NCBI GenBank assembly: GCA_040902265.1
Contig: JBBDXQ010000108.1
Span: 1,706 to 65,705, forward strand
DNA: 64,000 bases
DNA from: Anaerolineales bacterium
GTDB lineage: Bacteria; Chloroflexota; Anaerolineae; Anaerolineales; UBA11579
Direction of reading: 5' to 3'
Part shown: positions 9,523-19,328 of the stretch, in pieces
Layout of the letters: each line of letters opens with the position of its first letter
Position numbering within the stretch: the first letter of the stretch is position 1
Notes under the pieces: generated by a model
Database searches by the model: none
Told to the model about the DNA's origin: nothing
The model's input: the letters and a program-made list of their open reading frames with translations, nothing else
Translations under genes and position numbers: made by a program

Positions 9523-10290
9523 ATGAGTTCCTACGTCGGCAAACATGCTGAGTATTACGATATCTTTTATCAGGACAAGCCTTATGGCAGGGAAGCAGTC
9601 CATTTGCACCAGCGTCTAAAGAAGTATTCGCATGGGGTCTGCAAGCGGTTATTGGAGTTGGCGTGCGGCACTGGCGGACATGCCTTCGAACTGGAAAAAT
9701 TGGGCTATGAAATTATAGCTACCGATTATTCCGAAGATCTGCTTGTAGTTGCTCGCCGCAAGGCAATTCTTGCAAATTCCCGTGTGAATTTCAGACTCCA
9801 AGATATGCGCAAGCTTTCCCTGGCAGAGGAACCCTTCGATGCGGCATATTGCCTGTTCGATTCGATCGGGTATGTGCAAACCAACGAAGCTCTGCACAAA
9901 GTGTTAACAGGAGTACACGCCCACTTGCGCGAAGCCGGTCTTTTCGTATTTGAGTTTTGGCATGCGGCAGCCATGCTGAAGAGCTTTGATCCCGTGCGTG
10001 AGCGAAGGTGGGTAATCCCTCAGGGGGAACTGGTCCGACGTGCCAGTACCAGGTTGGATGTGGAGAAGCAATTGGCCATCGTCACGTATGATATTAACCA
10101 GGTGAGCAGAAACGGCAATTCGGGTAATTTGCAAGAAACCCAGATTAATCGCTATTTTCTGGTCCAGGAAGTGGCTGCTTTGCTTGAAAGAGCTCATTTT
10201 GAGCCCCTGGAATTTTCCCGAGCGTACGAAGACGGAGCAATTATTGATGAGAGCACTTGGCATGTCCTGGCAGTAGCTCGGCGAACCTGA
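9523..10290 (+). CDS. class I SAM methyltransferase, TylM1/DesVI-like layout (possible amino-sugar N-methyltransferase)
   Basis: ATG 9523 lies 4 nt after the upstream stop; the track ORF's 22 extra codons overlap degT. 'YYDIFYQDKPYGREA', 'LLELACGTGGHAFEL', 'LQDMRKLSL..PFDAAYCLFDSIGYV', 'GLFVFEFWH' are collinear with sugar N,N-dimethyltransferases as I recall them. Confidence 0.7.
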   Translation: MSSYVGKHAEYYDIFYQDKPYGREAVHLHQRLKKYSHGVCKRLLELACGTGGHAFELEKLGYEIIATDYSEDLLVVARRKAILANSRVNFRLQDMRKLSLAEEPFDAAYCLFDSIGYVQTNEALHKVLTGVHAHLREAGLFVFEFWHAAAMLKSFDPVRERRWVIPQGELVRRASTRLDVEKQLAIVTYDINQVSRNGNSGNLQETQINRYFLVQEVAALLERAHFEPLEFSRAYEDGAIIDESTWHVLAVARRT

Positions 10291-10291
10291 G

Positions 10292-11479
10292 ATGAGAGTC
10301 GGCGTTTATTTCGACGAGTACCGCCCGGAGGATGGCGGCGCCTTTACTATGCAGGGAGACTTGTTGCAGGCCCTGTGCGCGCAGGCAGGTCAAAGCAGGC
10401 ATGAATTCTTGATCATTTCCAATCACAGCGAAGCCATTAAGGCAGTGGCGGAGAATGCCGGGCTGGACTGGATGCGATATCGCAGGCCCGGCTGGATTGA
10501 AAAGACCGCTGAGTTACTAGCCCGCATGCTGCCAAGTTTGCGCAGCCGCTTGCGCAGGCGCAGTTCGTTTGAGAAAAAGTTGCGCGGGCTAGGCGTCGAC
10601 TTCGTTTGGTTTGTCGGCCCACGGCCGCTCGACCTGGATCTGCCTTATTTGGCTGTTGTGCTAGACCTGCAACATCGCAAGCAACCCTGGTTCCCGGAAG
10701 TCAGTGAATACTCAGAATGGGAGACCCGCGAGCGACGCCTAGCGACTTTCCTGCGTAGGGCAGCTGCGGTAGTAGTGGGCACGCATGTTGGCAAAAACGA
10801 AGTGGCGCATTTTTTCCAGGTCCCTGAGGATCGCATCCACGTCCTCCCTCACCCCACCCCAGCGCAAGCATTGAAAGCAGGTACGCGTAAGCTCGCCTTA
10901 GATGCAAGTCTTGACATACCTCCTGGGTACTTGTTCTATCCAGCCCAGTTTTGGGCACATAAGAATCATGTCAACCTGCTCCTGGCGCTAAAGCAGTTGC
11001 GCGACAAAGGCCTGGTCATCCCCCTAGTGCTGGTCGGCTCAAATTTCGGTAACCTGCCCCACGTTCAAAGTACGATTATGGAACTAGGGCTCTTGGATCA
11101 AGTAAAAGTGTTGGGCTTCGTCGACTCACAAACCCTGATCAGCCTGTATCAAAACGCGCTAGCTCTTACCTATCTCAGTTTTTTTGGGCCTGAGAACCTC
11201 CCCCCTTTGGAAGCATTTGCATTGGGTTGCCCAGTAATCGCTGCTCGGGTGGATGGCGCCGAAGAACAACTGGGCGGCGCTGCGTTGCTGGTGGACCCGA
11301 CCAGCCCCACCGAGATTGCCGCCGCGATTCGCAAGGTGCATAGGGACAAGAAAAGACGCGCCTACCTGGTTGCAAAAGGAACCAAGCGTGCTAAAAGGTG
11401 GACAGCTATAGACTTCGTGCGAGGTGTCTTCGACATACTCGATCAGTTCGAGCCCATTCGCCGCACATGGAAGAAATAA
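10292..11479 (+). CDS. glycosyltransferase, GT4/GT1-like (mannosyltransferase-type layout)
   Basis: 395-aa ORF. 'YLFYPAQFWAHKNHVNLLLAL', 'LVLVGS', 'SFFGPENLPPLEAFALGCPVIAARVDGAEEQLG'. Confidence 0.8.
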   Translation: MRVGVYFDEYRPEDGGAFTMQGDLLQALCAQAGQSRHEFLIISNHSEAIKAVAENAGLDWMRYRRPGWIEKTAELLARMLPSLRSRLRRRSSFEKKLRGLGVDFVWFVGPRPLDLDLPYLAVVLDLQHRKQPWFPEVSEYSEWETRERRLATFLRRAAAVVVGTHVGKNEVAHFFQVPEDRIHVLPHPTPAQALKAGTRKLALDASLDIPPGYLFYPAQFWAHKNHVNLLLALKQLRDKGLVIPLVLVGSNFGNLPHVQSTIMELGLLDQVKVLGFVDSQTLISLYQNALALTYLSFFGPENLPPLEAFALGCPVIAARVDGAEEQLGGAALLVDPTSPTEIAAAIRKVHRDKKRRAYLVAKGTKRAKRWTAIDFVRGVFDILDQFEPIRRTWKK

Positions 11480-11506
11480 AATGTAGCCTGGCTTTCCTTA
11501 GTACGG

Positions 11507-11512
11507 CATAAT
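11507..11512 (+). promoter_or_regulatory. -10-like CATAAT box 6 nt upstream of ATG 11519 (possible leaderless transcript start)
   Basis: 'acggCATAATccccatATG'. No Shine-Dalgarno sequence between the box and the ATG. Confidence 0.3.
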
Positions 11513-11518
11513 CCCCAT

Positions 11519-12469
11519 ATGGCTTTCATTCCTACGTTGAGCGTGCTAACTTCGGTGTACCGGGGCGAAGAGCATTTGCGTTCCTTTTTTGACGAATTAA
11601 ACGCCCAAACCATCTTCCCTGAGCTCGAACTGGTCCTGGTTTTGAACGAGCCCAGTTCGAAGGAAACACAATTTGCCAGCCATTTTGCATCCCAATATCC
11701 GGAAGCTGTACAAGTCCTAACTGTTCCCAGACTGGAAACGCTTGGCGCCTCGTGGAACCGGGCCTGGCGTGCCGCTCGCGCCCCTTATCTGGCGTTGTGG
11801 AATGTGGACGATCGCCGCGTGGTCGATTCACTTCAGCGACAACTGGCTGCCTTAGAACAGGACTTGGACGCCATGCTTTGTTATGGGGACTATGTGTCCG
11901 TGGCTGGATATGGGAAGGAAGACGGTGTACGCCGCCAGACCCCATCGTATCAAGTTGACCATTTTCGTCGCTCCTTCGCACAAGGAGGTGCCTTTTGGCT
12001 TTTCCGCCATGAGGTTGAGGCGCAGATTGGTAATTTCGATGAACAGTTTCGGGTGGGCGCTGATATGGAATACTCCTTCCGCATGGCCGCCAAGGGATTG
12101 GTTATGATTCGATGCAATGGACTGCTCGGGTTCTTTACAGATGCAGCCCAGGGGTTAAGCACCCGTGAAGGCGCTAAAGAATCTGCCGTGGAGGCGACAG
12201 CCATACAGCTGCGGTATGGCGTGTTTGATAAAGTACGAAGGGAGTATCTTGATAAAGCTCGCATGATGCGAACGGATGCGATTAAAAATGCTGATGAGTG
12301 GATACCGCTGGTCAATTTCCTTCCGCAGCACGCCAATTATATTAATGCGAGAAAGCTGCTATGGGTTGTCGGTTCCGTACGAAACGCGGTTCGCGGAGGT
12401 TTGCAGAAAATAGGCATGTTGTCCCTATTGCATAAACTCCAGGCTAAGTATCTTAAACGAGATGTCTAG
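11519..12469 (+). CDS. glycosyltransferase, GT2-like
   Basis: 316-aa ORF. 'LSVLTSVYRGEEHLRSFFDELNAQT..LELVLVLNEPS' and 'LALWNVDDRR' (DxD-like). Confidence 0.7.
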   Translation: MAFIPTLSVLTSVYRGEEHLRSFFDELNAQTIFPELELVLVLNEPSSKETQFASHFASQYPEAVQVLTVPRLETLGASWNRAWRAARAPYLALWNVDDRRVVDSLQRQLAALEQDLDAMLCYGDYVSVAGYGKEDGVRRQTPSYQVDHFRRSFAQGGAFWLFRHEVEAQIGNFDEQFRVGADMEYSFRMAAKGLVMIRCNGLLGFFTDAAQGLSTREGAKESAVEATAIQLRYGVFDKVRREYLDKARMMRTDAIKNADEWIPLVNFLPQHANYINARKLLWVVGSVRNAVRGGLQKIGMLSLLHKLQAKYLKRDV

Positions 12470-13428
12470 TGCCCAGCCCGAGTGTTAGTGTAGTTATCCC
12501 CACGCGCAATCGCGCGCAATACATCACAAAGGCGCTCGATTCTGTATTTGCACAGACGTTTACCGATTACGAAGTTATTGTGGTGGACGATGGTTCGTCT
12601 GACACAACGCAGCAGATCCTAGCCCCTTATATCCGGGAGAAAAAAATCCAGTACCAGTTTCAAGAGCCATCGGGGGTGTCGGCTGCCCGGAATCGCGGCG
12701 TGAGGTTGGCGAAAGCGGCTTATATAGCCTTCCTTGATTCAGATGATATTTTTATGCCCATAAAGCTTGAGAAACAGATGTACTTGTTTCGGGACGATCC
12801 ACAACTGGGGTTTGTGCATTGTAGTTTCTCGAAATTTGATGATCAGGGACAGGACCTGGGTGTGCGGGACACTTCTCGGTTCCGCGGACGGATCTACCCA
12901 CAAATGCTGCATGAGTGGTCTGTGCTTATGGCTATGCCGTGCATGCTGATGCGCACAGAGGCCATCCTGGAGGTTGGTGGCTTTGATGAGAGGATGGTCT
13001 GGGCTGAGGATTTGGACCTGTGGCGGCGCATCGCCCGGCGATTCGCGGTTGGTGTCGTTGCCGAACCCCTGGTCCGCGTCCGTGTTCATTCAGGCTCAAC
13101 CAGCTTCGATCGCGGGAAAGGTGCCGTAGGGTTTGAGCGTTACCTGAAAAAAGCATTTGACGAAGACCCTGGTCTTTCTGCAATATTCAAGCGGCAAGCC
13201 AAGGGTCTCATGCACGCCAAGTTGGGCCAAAATCTTTTGGGAGAGGGCGGCTTGCAGGAGATGCACCAAGTCCGTCGTCATTGCCTGATAGCCCTGACCG
13301 CTTGGCCGCTTCAACTTGACGCCTTTGTGGGGTTGATCGCCTCATGGCTGCCGCGTGGGTTAAGGCGTAGGATGGTGGCTTGGCTGAGGCAGCGCCGTTA
13401 TCCGTCGACTAAAGTCGAACCGCTATAA
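12469..13428 (+). CDS. glycosyltransferase, GT2 family
   Basis: 319-aa ORF. The GTG start overlaps the upstream TAG by 1 nt. 'VSVVIPTRNRAQYITKALDSVFAQTFTDYEVIVVDDGSSDTT', 'AFLDSDDIF'. Confidence 0.85.
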   Translation: MPSPSVSVVIPTRNRAQYITKALDSVFAQTFTDYEVIVVDDGSSDTTQQILAPYIREKKIQYQFQEPSGVSAARNRGVRLAKAAYIAFLDSDDIFMPIKLEKQMYLFRDDPQLGFVHCSFSKFDDQGQDLGVRDTSRFRGRIYPQMLHEWSVLMAMPCMLMRTEAILEVGGFDERMVWAEDLDLWRRIARRFAVGVVAEPLVRVRVHSGSTSFDRGKGAVGFERYLKKAFDEDPGLSAIFKRQAKGLMHAKLGQNLLGEGGLQEMHQVRRHCLIALTAWPLQLDAFVGLIASWLPRGLRRRMVAWLRQRRYPSTKVEPL

Positions 13429-13429
13429 T
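13424..13429 (+). promoter_or_regulatory. -10-like TATAAT overlapping the stop codon of the upstream GT2 gene, 14 nt before ATG 13444
   Basis: 'gaaccgcTATAATcgcgctccaattccATG'. No SD in the short spacer. Confidence 0.25.
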
Positions 13430-13443
13430 CGCGCTCCAATTCC

Positions 13444-14601
13444 ATGAAACATAAAACGGAACCATTCTCAATCCTCTTCCTTGGATCTCAAATGGAAGTG
13501 GCCGGCGCACAGAGGGTTTTGCTCGCTCAGGCGCGCTGGTTCTACAAGCAGGGATACCCAGTTCAGGTGGTATTTTTTTATGACAAGCAAGGATTGGAAT
13601 CGTCCTGGCAAGCGGCCAATCCATTTCCAGTTCTCTCCTTGGTTGGTTGGAAGGAAAACACGCCTGTCCTTTTCAATATTCCCAAACTTGCCGGCGCGCT
13701 ATTTACTCTTTTTAAATTGCTAAGGAAAGACATCAAAGTCATCCTATCATTCACCCCGCATAGCAATTTGTTGGGGTTACCCATCGCCTGGTTGGCGCGC
13801 GTGCCTGCTCGTGTAGGCACCCACCACGGCTATATCCTGGGGGCATCGCGACTGTTTTCTTGGCTGCACGGCTGGCTCACCAATTCTCGTATCTGCAGCA
13901 TGTTGGTGGCTGTGTCTGCGCCAGTAGGCGAGCATGCGATAAAAATGGAAAAAGCAAAAAGCAGCAAGGTAATTGTCATCCAGAATGGTATTGAACCCTT
14001 GGAACAGAAACCGGGCGATAGGGAGCTGGTACGCAAACAGCTGGGGGTTCGGCTGGACGGACTCCTTCTGATCACTGTAGGGCGGCTCACTACCCAGAAA
14101 GGGCAGGACGTTCTGATAGAGGCGATTTCGCAAATTTCTTCTCTTTTCCCTCAAGCTCGCTTCGCTTTTGTGGGAGATGGCCCGCGGCGGTCCGCCTTAG
14201 AAGAAAAAGCGAAGCGCTTAGGAATCGATGGTCAAGTGCTTTTTCTCGGCGTCCGCGATGACGTGAGTAGTTTGCTGTACGCCTCCGATATTTTTATACA
14301 GCCCTCTTTATCGGAAGGCTTATCGCTCGCTTTTTTGGAAGCGCTTTTCGCAGGTTTACCAGTAGTGGTCACCAGGGTCGGTGGCGTTGCGGATGTGGTT
14401 GAGCATGGGCAGAGCGCCCTGCTGGTTCCCGCAGGCGACGCGGAAGAACTGGCCGCAGCCCTGGTGCGATTGCTTGGCGATGCGGCTTTACGACAGCGGC
14501 TGGCCCGGGCTGGCCAGGAACGCGCCGTTGCGAACCATGGCATCGAGAAAATGTGTCGGGCTTACGAAACACTGATGCAGGGGTTGTTGAATGCCTCTTA
14601 A
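13444..14601 (+). CDS. glycosyltransferase, GT4 family
   Basis: 385-aa ORF. 'QPSLSEGLSLAFLEALFAGLPVVVTRVGGVADVVEHGQSALLV'. Confidence 0.85.
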   Translation: MKHKTEPFSILFLGSQMEVAGAQRVLLAQARWFYKQGYPVQVVFFYDKQGLESSWQAANPFPVLSLVGWKENTPVLFNIPKLAGALFTLFKLLRKDIKVILSFTPHSNLLGLPIAWLARVPARVGTHHGYILGASRLFSWLHGWLTNSRICSMLVAVSAPVGEHAIKMEKAKSSKVIVIQNGIEPLEQKPGDRELVRKQLGVRLDGLLLITVGRLTTQKGQDVLIEAISQISSLFPQARFAFVGDGPRRSALEEKAKRLGIDGQVLFLGVRDDVSSLLYASDIFIQPSLSEGLSLAFLEALFAGLPVVVTRVGGVADVVEHGQSALLVPAGDAEELAAALVRLLGDAALRQRLARAGQERAVANHGIEKMCRAYETLMQGLLNAS

Positions 14602-16666
14602 AAAGAAAGCAAGTCGGGGAAAGTTCATATTAGAGAGAAAAGCCTTCGTGCTTGCTGGTGCCGGCTTGCTGGTAGTGTTGGCTGCCAGCGAATTGTTCAG
14701 CCTCGGCTGGGGTTCTGGAACTTGGCTGGGAAGGTTATCGGTTAAGTGGGCGCTAACTATCGCTCTGTTCTATTTGCCCCTCGCGACTTTACTGGTGCTA
14801 TTAACTATCGGTCTCTATGCTCCTGGCCGATTAAAAAGAACGCAAAAACGATTTCTCCGAATTCGGCAGAGTCTCGGGTTGTGGCGCTGGGCTTTGCTCG
14901 CCCCCTTCCTTATCTTCCTGCCATGGTTTGTTTTTTATTCAGCTTGGGGAGGCCTATTCATCGGTTTGTATTTCAGGGTGCTTCTATTTTTGATTGTTCT
15001 GGGGTTAGTTGCCGTTCTGCTGACAGATCATACGACCCAGCTGATTGAATGGCGATCTTTCCTTCTTGCTGGCCTCCTGCTGGGGGCGATCTTAGTGCTA
15101 GCCGAATCTTTTGTGCTGGTTACTGACTTCCCGTTCGCCCTGCACTGGTCAGAGGGCAATCGTCTTTGGGATTATTCGGTCAGCTTTGGCAGCGACCGCT
15201 TCAACTTTGCAGGCCCGGAGCCCATCTTCGTCTGGATCGATGCAGGGCGCCAGACCTTGTGGGGTTTGCCCTTCCTAATTCCCAACGTCCCCATATGGTT
15301 AGTGCGCTTTTGGAGCGCACTTCTGGTGACCGTACCATATGCCTTTCTCGGCTGGGCTGCCTTCAAGCCCGATGATAGCAAACGCGAATGGGTGGCAGTC
15401 GGATTGTGGTCGCTGATCTTCTTGAATCAAGGGCCGATCTATACACCGTTGGTATTAGCAGCCATACTGGTTGCGCTAACGCGGAGGAAGCCGATCTGGT
15501 TGGCGTTACCGCTCGTCTACTTGGCCGGACACTATGCTGGGCTGAGCCGCTTTACCTGGCGTTTTGCTCCCGCCATTTGGGCTGTGATACTGAGTTTTGG
15601 CGATTCGTCGCTGGCTCGGGGCGCAATAAGATGGCGTGATTGGCTGCGCGCGTTTGCCCTGGGTTTGGCAGGTATTTGGAGTAAAGGCCTTCCTATCCTG
15701 ATAGGAATCGTTCTCGGCCTTTCCCCTTTTTTGGCAAATGGAAATCTTGGGCCGGTTGAGCCTGGCGGTTCGGGTGGTTCGATAGAGACCCTCCAGGGAC
15801 TGCAAGCCGTTTCCATTCACCAGCCTTTCCTGTGGGAACGTCTTTTCCCTAATGACATATATGCGCCTGGAATTTTATTTGGTCTGGCCTTTGCCACGGT
15901 ACCGTTAATACTATTGATGATTAATTTGATCCAAAAGGGGCATTGGAAGACAGTCTTTTGGCAACAGGTGGCCATGGTGTTGGGCTTGGGGGCATTGCTG
16001 GTGGTTGGGGTCATAGCCAGCGCGAAAGTAGGCGGGGGCACAGATTTACACAATATGGATATGTTCCTGCTCGGCTTGGTGCTGGTGGCAGCTGTAGCCT
16101 GGGAAGGAGGCTTGGTCAATCGTCTCAATTCTCTCATTCGCGAGACAGCTACGCTGCGCTGGTTACTAGCTGCGATGATCCTGATCCCGGCCTTTTTACC
16201 CATGATTGAAGGCAAACCGCTTGAGCTGCCAACCCCCGAACGCACCCAGTTTGTACTTGCTCGCATTCAAAACAAAGTAATGTGTGCACGCCAGTTTGGA
16301 GAAGTGCTCTTCATGGACCAACGTCAACTTATTACCTTTGGATTAATGGGAGACCTACCTCTGGTCGATGAATACGAGAAGAAGTATGTGATGGACCAGG
16401 CTTTATCTAGTAATTCAGCCTACTTCGAAAAATTTCGAGAAGATCTGGCAATCGGTCGTTTCGCGTTGATAGTCACCGAACGCGAAGCGCTGCAATTCAA
16501 AGAGGCGGACCTGGAAAGCATAGGCGATGGCTTGATAGAAGAAAATAACGCCTGGGTCACCTGGGTCACGACCCCCTTGCTAGACTACTATGAATCGGTA
16601 AGCGAATTCAAAGACGCAGCTGTGGAAATGTTCATGCCCATCGAGCGTGATTTTGACTGTCCCTGA
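14591..16666 (+). CDS. polytopic membrane protein with a C-terminal soluble domain, function unknown (possible GT-C-like or polymerase-like)
   Basis: 691-aa ORF overlapping the upstream gene by 11 nt. More than 12 hydrophobic segments are followed by a roughly 140-aa hydrophilic tail ('CARQFGEVLFMDQRQLITFGLMGDLPLVDEYEKKYVMDQ...'). No family recognised. Confidence 0.5.
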   Translation: MPLKKKASRGKFILERKAFVLAGAGLLVVLAASELFSLGWGSGTWLGRLSVKWALTIALFYLPLATLLVLLTIGLYAPGRLKRTQKRFLRIRQSLGLWRWALLAPFLIFLPWFVFYSAWGGLFIGLYFRVLLFLIVLGLVAVLLTDHTTQLIEWRSFLLAGLLLGAILVLAESFVLVTDFPFALHWSEGNRLWDYSVSFGSDRFNFAGPEPIFVWIDAGRQTLWGLPFLIPNVPIWLVRFWSALLVTVPYAFLGWAAFKPDDSKREWVAVGLWSLIFLNQGPIYTPLVLAAILVALTRRKPIWLALPLVYLAGHYAGLSRFTWRFAPAIWAVILSFGDSSLARGAIRWRDWLRAFALGLAGIWSKGLPILIGIVLGLSPFLANGNLGPVEPGGSGGSIETLQGLQAVSIHQPFLWERLFPNDIYAPGILFGLAFATVPLILLMINLIQKGHWKTVFWQQVAMVLGLGALLVVGVIASAKVGGGTDLHNMDMFLLGLVLVAAVAWEGGLVNRLNSLIRETATLRWLLAAMILIPAFLPMIEGKPLELPTPERTQFVLARIQNKVMCARQFGEVLFMDQRQLITFGLMGDLPLVDEYEKKYVMDQALSSNSAYFEKFREDLAIGRFALIVTEREALQFKEADLESIGDGLIEENNAWVTWVTTPLLDYYESVSEFKDAAVEMFMPIERDFDCP

Positions 16667-19298
16667 AGTGAAGGTAAACAAAAAAATGCACACTGGTCGG
16701 GGATTGGGTCTTTTTCGCGGTTTCTTTTTATTGCCCGCCATTGAAGCGCTGCTTGCTATTGCACTGATATTTTTCATTCCCAGTGAGGGAAACCAGGCTT
16801 CATTTCTCGGTCTTTCCCTGGTCCGCTGGGTGTTTGTGGCAGGCTTGTTGGCACTGGGCTTATTGTGTACCATCTTTTTTTGGATGAATCAGAGCAGGCA
16901 TAAAGACTGGCCGGTGATTGAGAAAGTAATTCAGAATGGGATAAATCATCCATCAATCTATAGGTTGTTAATCGCCATCGCCCTTTTTCTTTCGGTAGGC
17001 GGGTTTTATCTGCTGCTACTTACATTCAAATTCACAGATGAATTTATGCAGCCTCTTCTTTTGCGCGTGTTTCCTCTTGTGCTCTGGTTGTTTCTCCTCA
17101 GTGTTCAAACCCTGGTCTTTTTCCCTCGACTTCGCTTTAGAACAAGGCAGAGAAGAACAAAAACTTGGCTGCCGGTCTTAATCGCTCTCGGCGCGATTGC
17201 TTTAATCGCCATCTTTATGGGAGTGACCGGTCTTGGCCTGCAACCCGACCGTACCGGCTGGGAGAATCCCGGCGTCCCGCTCTTGGCTATTCAGATCTTT
17301 TTTGCATGGGTGGGAGCTGGACTGTTGTATGCCCTTATCCATCTACTCGAAAAGCGCTTTGAATGGCGATTCTCGCGAGGTGACCAGTTAGCCGCCGTGG
17401 TGTTGTGGCTGTTGGCCATCTGGGTTTGGCAAACCCAACCACTTACGCCGACTTACTTCTCTCCCACCCCGCGGCCGCCCAACGCAGAGCTCTACCCTTA
17501 TTCGGATGCAGCTACGCACGACTTAGCAGCCCAGAAACTCCTTATTGGCGAAGGGTTTGGCGACGTCGTTGAAAAGCCTCTATATAGTTTTTTCCTGGCA
17601 GGTTTACATACACTGGTGGGTCAGGATTATGCCAACGTAGTAGCCGCCCAGGTTGTGGTACTGGCTCTTTTTCCGGCCTTGTTATATTTCCTGGCTGGCC
17701 AGCTTCATCACCGGTTTTCGGGGGCAATTCTGGCAGTTGCCATAATTTATAGAGAAGCGAATACTATCAACCTGTCGGGGGAGATCAATGTTTCTCATTC
17801 CAAGTTATTGATGACCGACCTGCCAGCTGCCCTGGGAATGGCCTTGCTCGTTTTGCTTCTATTGCGCTGGCTGGAATCAGATCGGCGTCTTCTACGGTGG
17901 CCGCTTTGGGTGGGAGCTGCGCTGGGCGCCTTTTTGCTTCTTCGCTCGCAGATCATCATTTTCTTGCCCCTCCTGCTGTTGCTCGCTTTTTGGCGAGGTG
18001 GAAAGTTGCTTCGGACCCGCGCCTTGTATGCTGGGTTGTTCCTTCTGGGATTCGCACTAACTGCGGTTCCCTGGATGTGGCGCAATTATCAACATACGGG
18101 TCAATTTGGATACTCACAACCTTTACAAGCGCTTTATTTGGCCAAGCAATACAGTCTGACGCCCGAGGAAGCCGATCCAGGTTTTCCTGAAGGCACGCGT
18201 GTTTCGGAATACGTTTCGCTGGGTTTTTCCAGGGTATTGCAATTCACCTTCAGCCATCCCGATGTAGTGGTGAGGTTTGCAAGCGCCCACTTCTTTCATA
18301 ATGAGCTATCTTCCTTTTTAGCCTTGCCGATGCGCTTTGATCTAGCGGACAAGGCAGTCACTTTTTACAATCTGCGGCCTTTTTGGATTGGGTCTGAAGG
18401 TCGCCTCTGGGAAGAGTGCTGTTCGTTGAACAGCTATCTCAGCGATACACCCTATTGGCAAAATTGGGATGGAATAATCCCTGACGATGCCTGGTTGCCC
18501 ATTTTTGTCAATACCCTCATTGTTTCAGTTGGCTTTTTAGCTGCATGGCGAAAAGTGGGCTGGCTGACTCTGGTGCCGGTGGGGGTCCACGTTTTTTACA
18601 ATTTCAGCACTGCCGTAGCGCGCGTATCGGGTTGGCGTTTGATCCTGCCAGTCGATTGGGTGCTGCTTCTTTTTTATTGTTTAGGCCTTGGTCAGCTTAC
18701 GTTGTGGGCTTGGACTTATTTCTTCGGCGCCAACCTGGCTGAACCCGCCCTGCCTAGCATTCGGTCAAAAAGCCGCGTGCCGGGGTGGCGTCAGCAAAAG
18801 CTGCCAGTTTTGGTAGCCAGCCTCTTGTTTGCGGGCCTGCTGCTTCCTGTGGCTGAAATCGCCGTCCCCGCCCGCTATGCGGATCTGGACACCGTAACTG
18901 CCGAAGTGGAGTGGCAAAGCTCCCAGTTAGCAGAACAAACCGGGCTGGATCTTTCGGCTTTTCTAGGACAACCAGGAGCCGTCCAGTTTTGGGGGCGAGC
19001 ACTATACCCGCGGTTTTACGCCGCAGGTACCGGAGAGCCGGGCGGTGATGGAACTGCTTTCAACATACAGCCATTTGCCAGGTTGGCGTTTTGGGTAGTG
19101 GGGCAGGGGAACAATCAGGTGGCTTTGCCGCTGGCTAGCCCTCCGGTTTTTCCGAACGCGGTGGATGTGATGGTCTTGGGTTGCGCGCATGAAAAATATT
19201 TTCGAGCTGCAGCTGTTGTGTTTCTTGAAGGCGAGTCGACCGACTTGTTATCCGATGATCCCTTCGCATTCCTGTGTTCTCCTACCGCGTCACCGTAG
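16647..19298 (+). CDS. large GT-C-like integral membrane protein (paralogue of 24209-26818)
   Basis: 883-aa ORF; start GTG 16647 or ATG 16686. Many TM segments. The conserved loop 'YPYSDAATHDLAAQKLLIGEGF' and the blocks 'ALFPALLYFLAGQLHHRFSG', 'SHSKLLMTDLPAAL' and 'ARVSGWRLILPVDW' are shared almost verbatim with the ORF at 24209. Confidence 0.6.
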   Translation: MILTVPEVKVNKKMHTGRGLGLFRGFFLLPAIEALLAIALIFFIPSEGNQASFLGLSLVRWVFVAGLLALGLLCTIFFWMNQSRHKDWPVIEKVIQNGINHPSIYRLLIAIALFLSVGGFYLLLLTFKFTDEFMQPLLLRVFPLVLWLFLLSVQTLVFFPRLRFRTRQRRTKTWLPVLIALGAIALIAIFMGVTGLGLQPDRTGWENPGVPLLAIQIFFAWVGAGLLYALIHLLEKRFEWRFSRGDQLAAVVLWLLAIWVWQTQPLTPTYFSPTPRPPNAELYPYSDAATHDLAAQKLLIGEGFGDVVEKPLYSFFLAGLHTLVGQDYANVVAAQVVVLALFPALLYFLAGQLHHRFSGAILAVAIIYREANTINLSGEINVSHSKLLMTDLPAALGMALLVLLLLRWLESDRRLLRWPLWVGAALGAFLLLRSQIIIFLPLLLLLAFWRGGKLLRTRALYAGLFLLGFALTAVPWMWRNYQHTGQFGYSQPLQALYLAKQYSLTPEEADPGFPEGTRVSEYVSLGFSRVLQFTFSHPDVVVRFASAHFFHNELSSFLALPMRFDLADKAVTFYNLRPFWIGSEGRLWEECCSLNSYLSDTPYWQNWDGIIPDDAWLPIFVNTLIVSVGFLAAWRKVGWLTLVPVGVHVFYNFSTAVARVSGWRLILPVDWVLLLFYCLGLGQLTLWAWTYFFGANLAEPALPSIRSKSRVPGWRQQKLPVLVASLLFAGLLLPVAEIAVPARYADLDTVTAEVEWQSSQLAEQTGLDLSAFLGQPGAVQFWGRALYPRFYAAGTGEPGGDGTAFNIQPFARLAFWVVGQGNNQVALPLASPPVFPNAVDVMVLGCAHEKYFRAAAVVFLEGESTDLLSDDPFAFLCSPTASP

Positions 19299-19315
19299 TT
19301 CGAACTCTCGAAAGG

Positions 19316-19321
19316 TATAAT
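19316..19321 (+). promoter_or_regulatory. -10-like TATAAT in the gap after the first GT-C paralogue
   Basis: 'aaaggTATAATTTTCAttgc'. The same 11-mer TATAATTTTCA recurs at 26829-26839, after the second paralogue. Confidence 0.3.
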
Positions 19322-19328
19322 TTTCATT

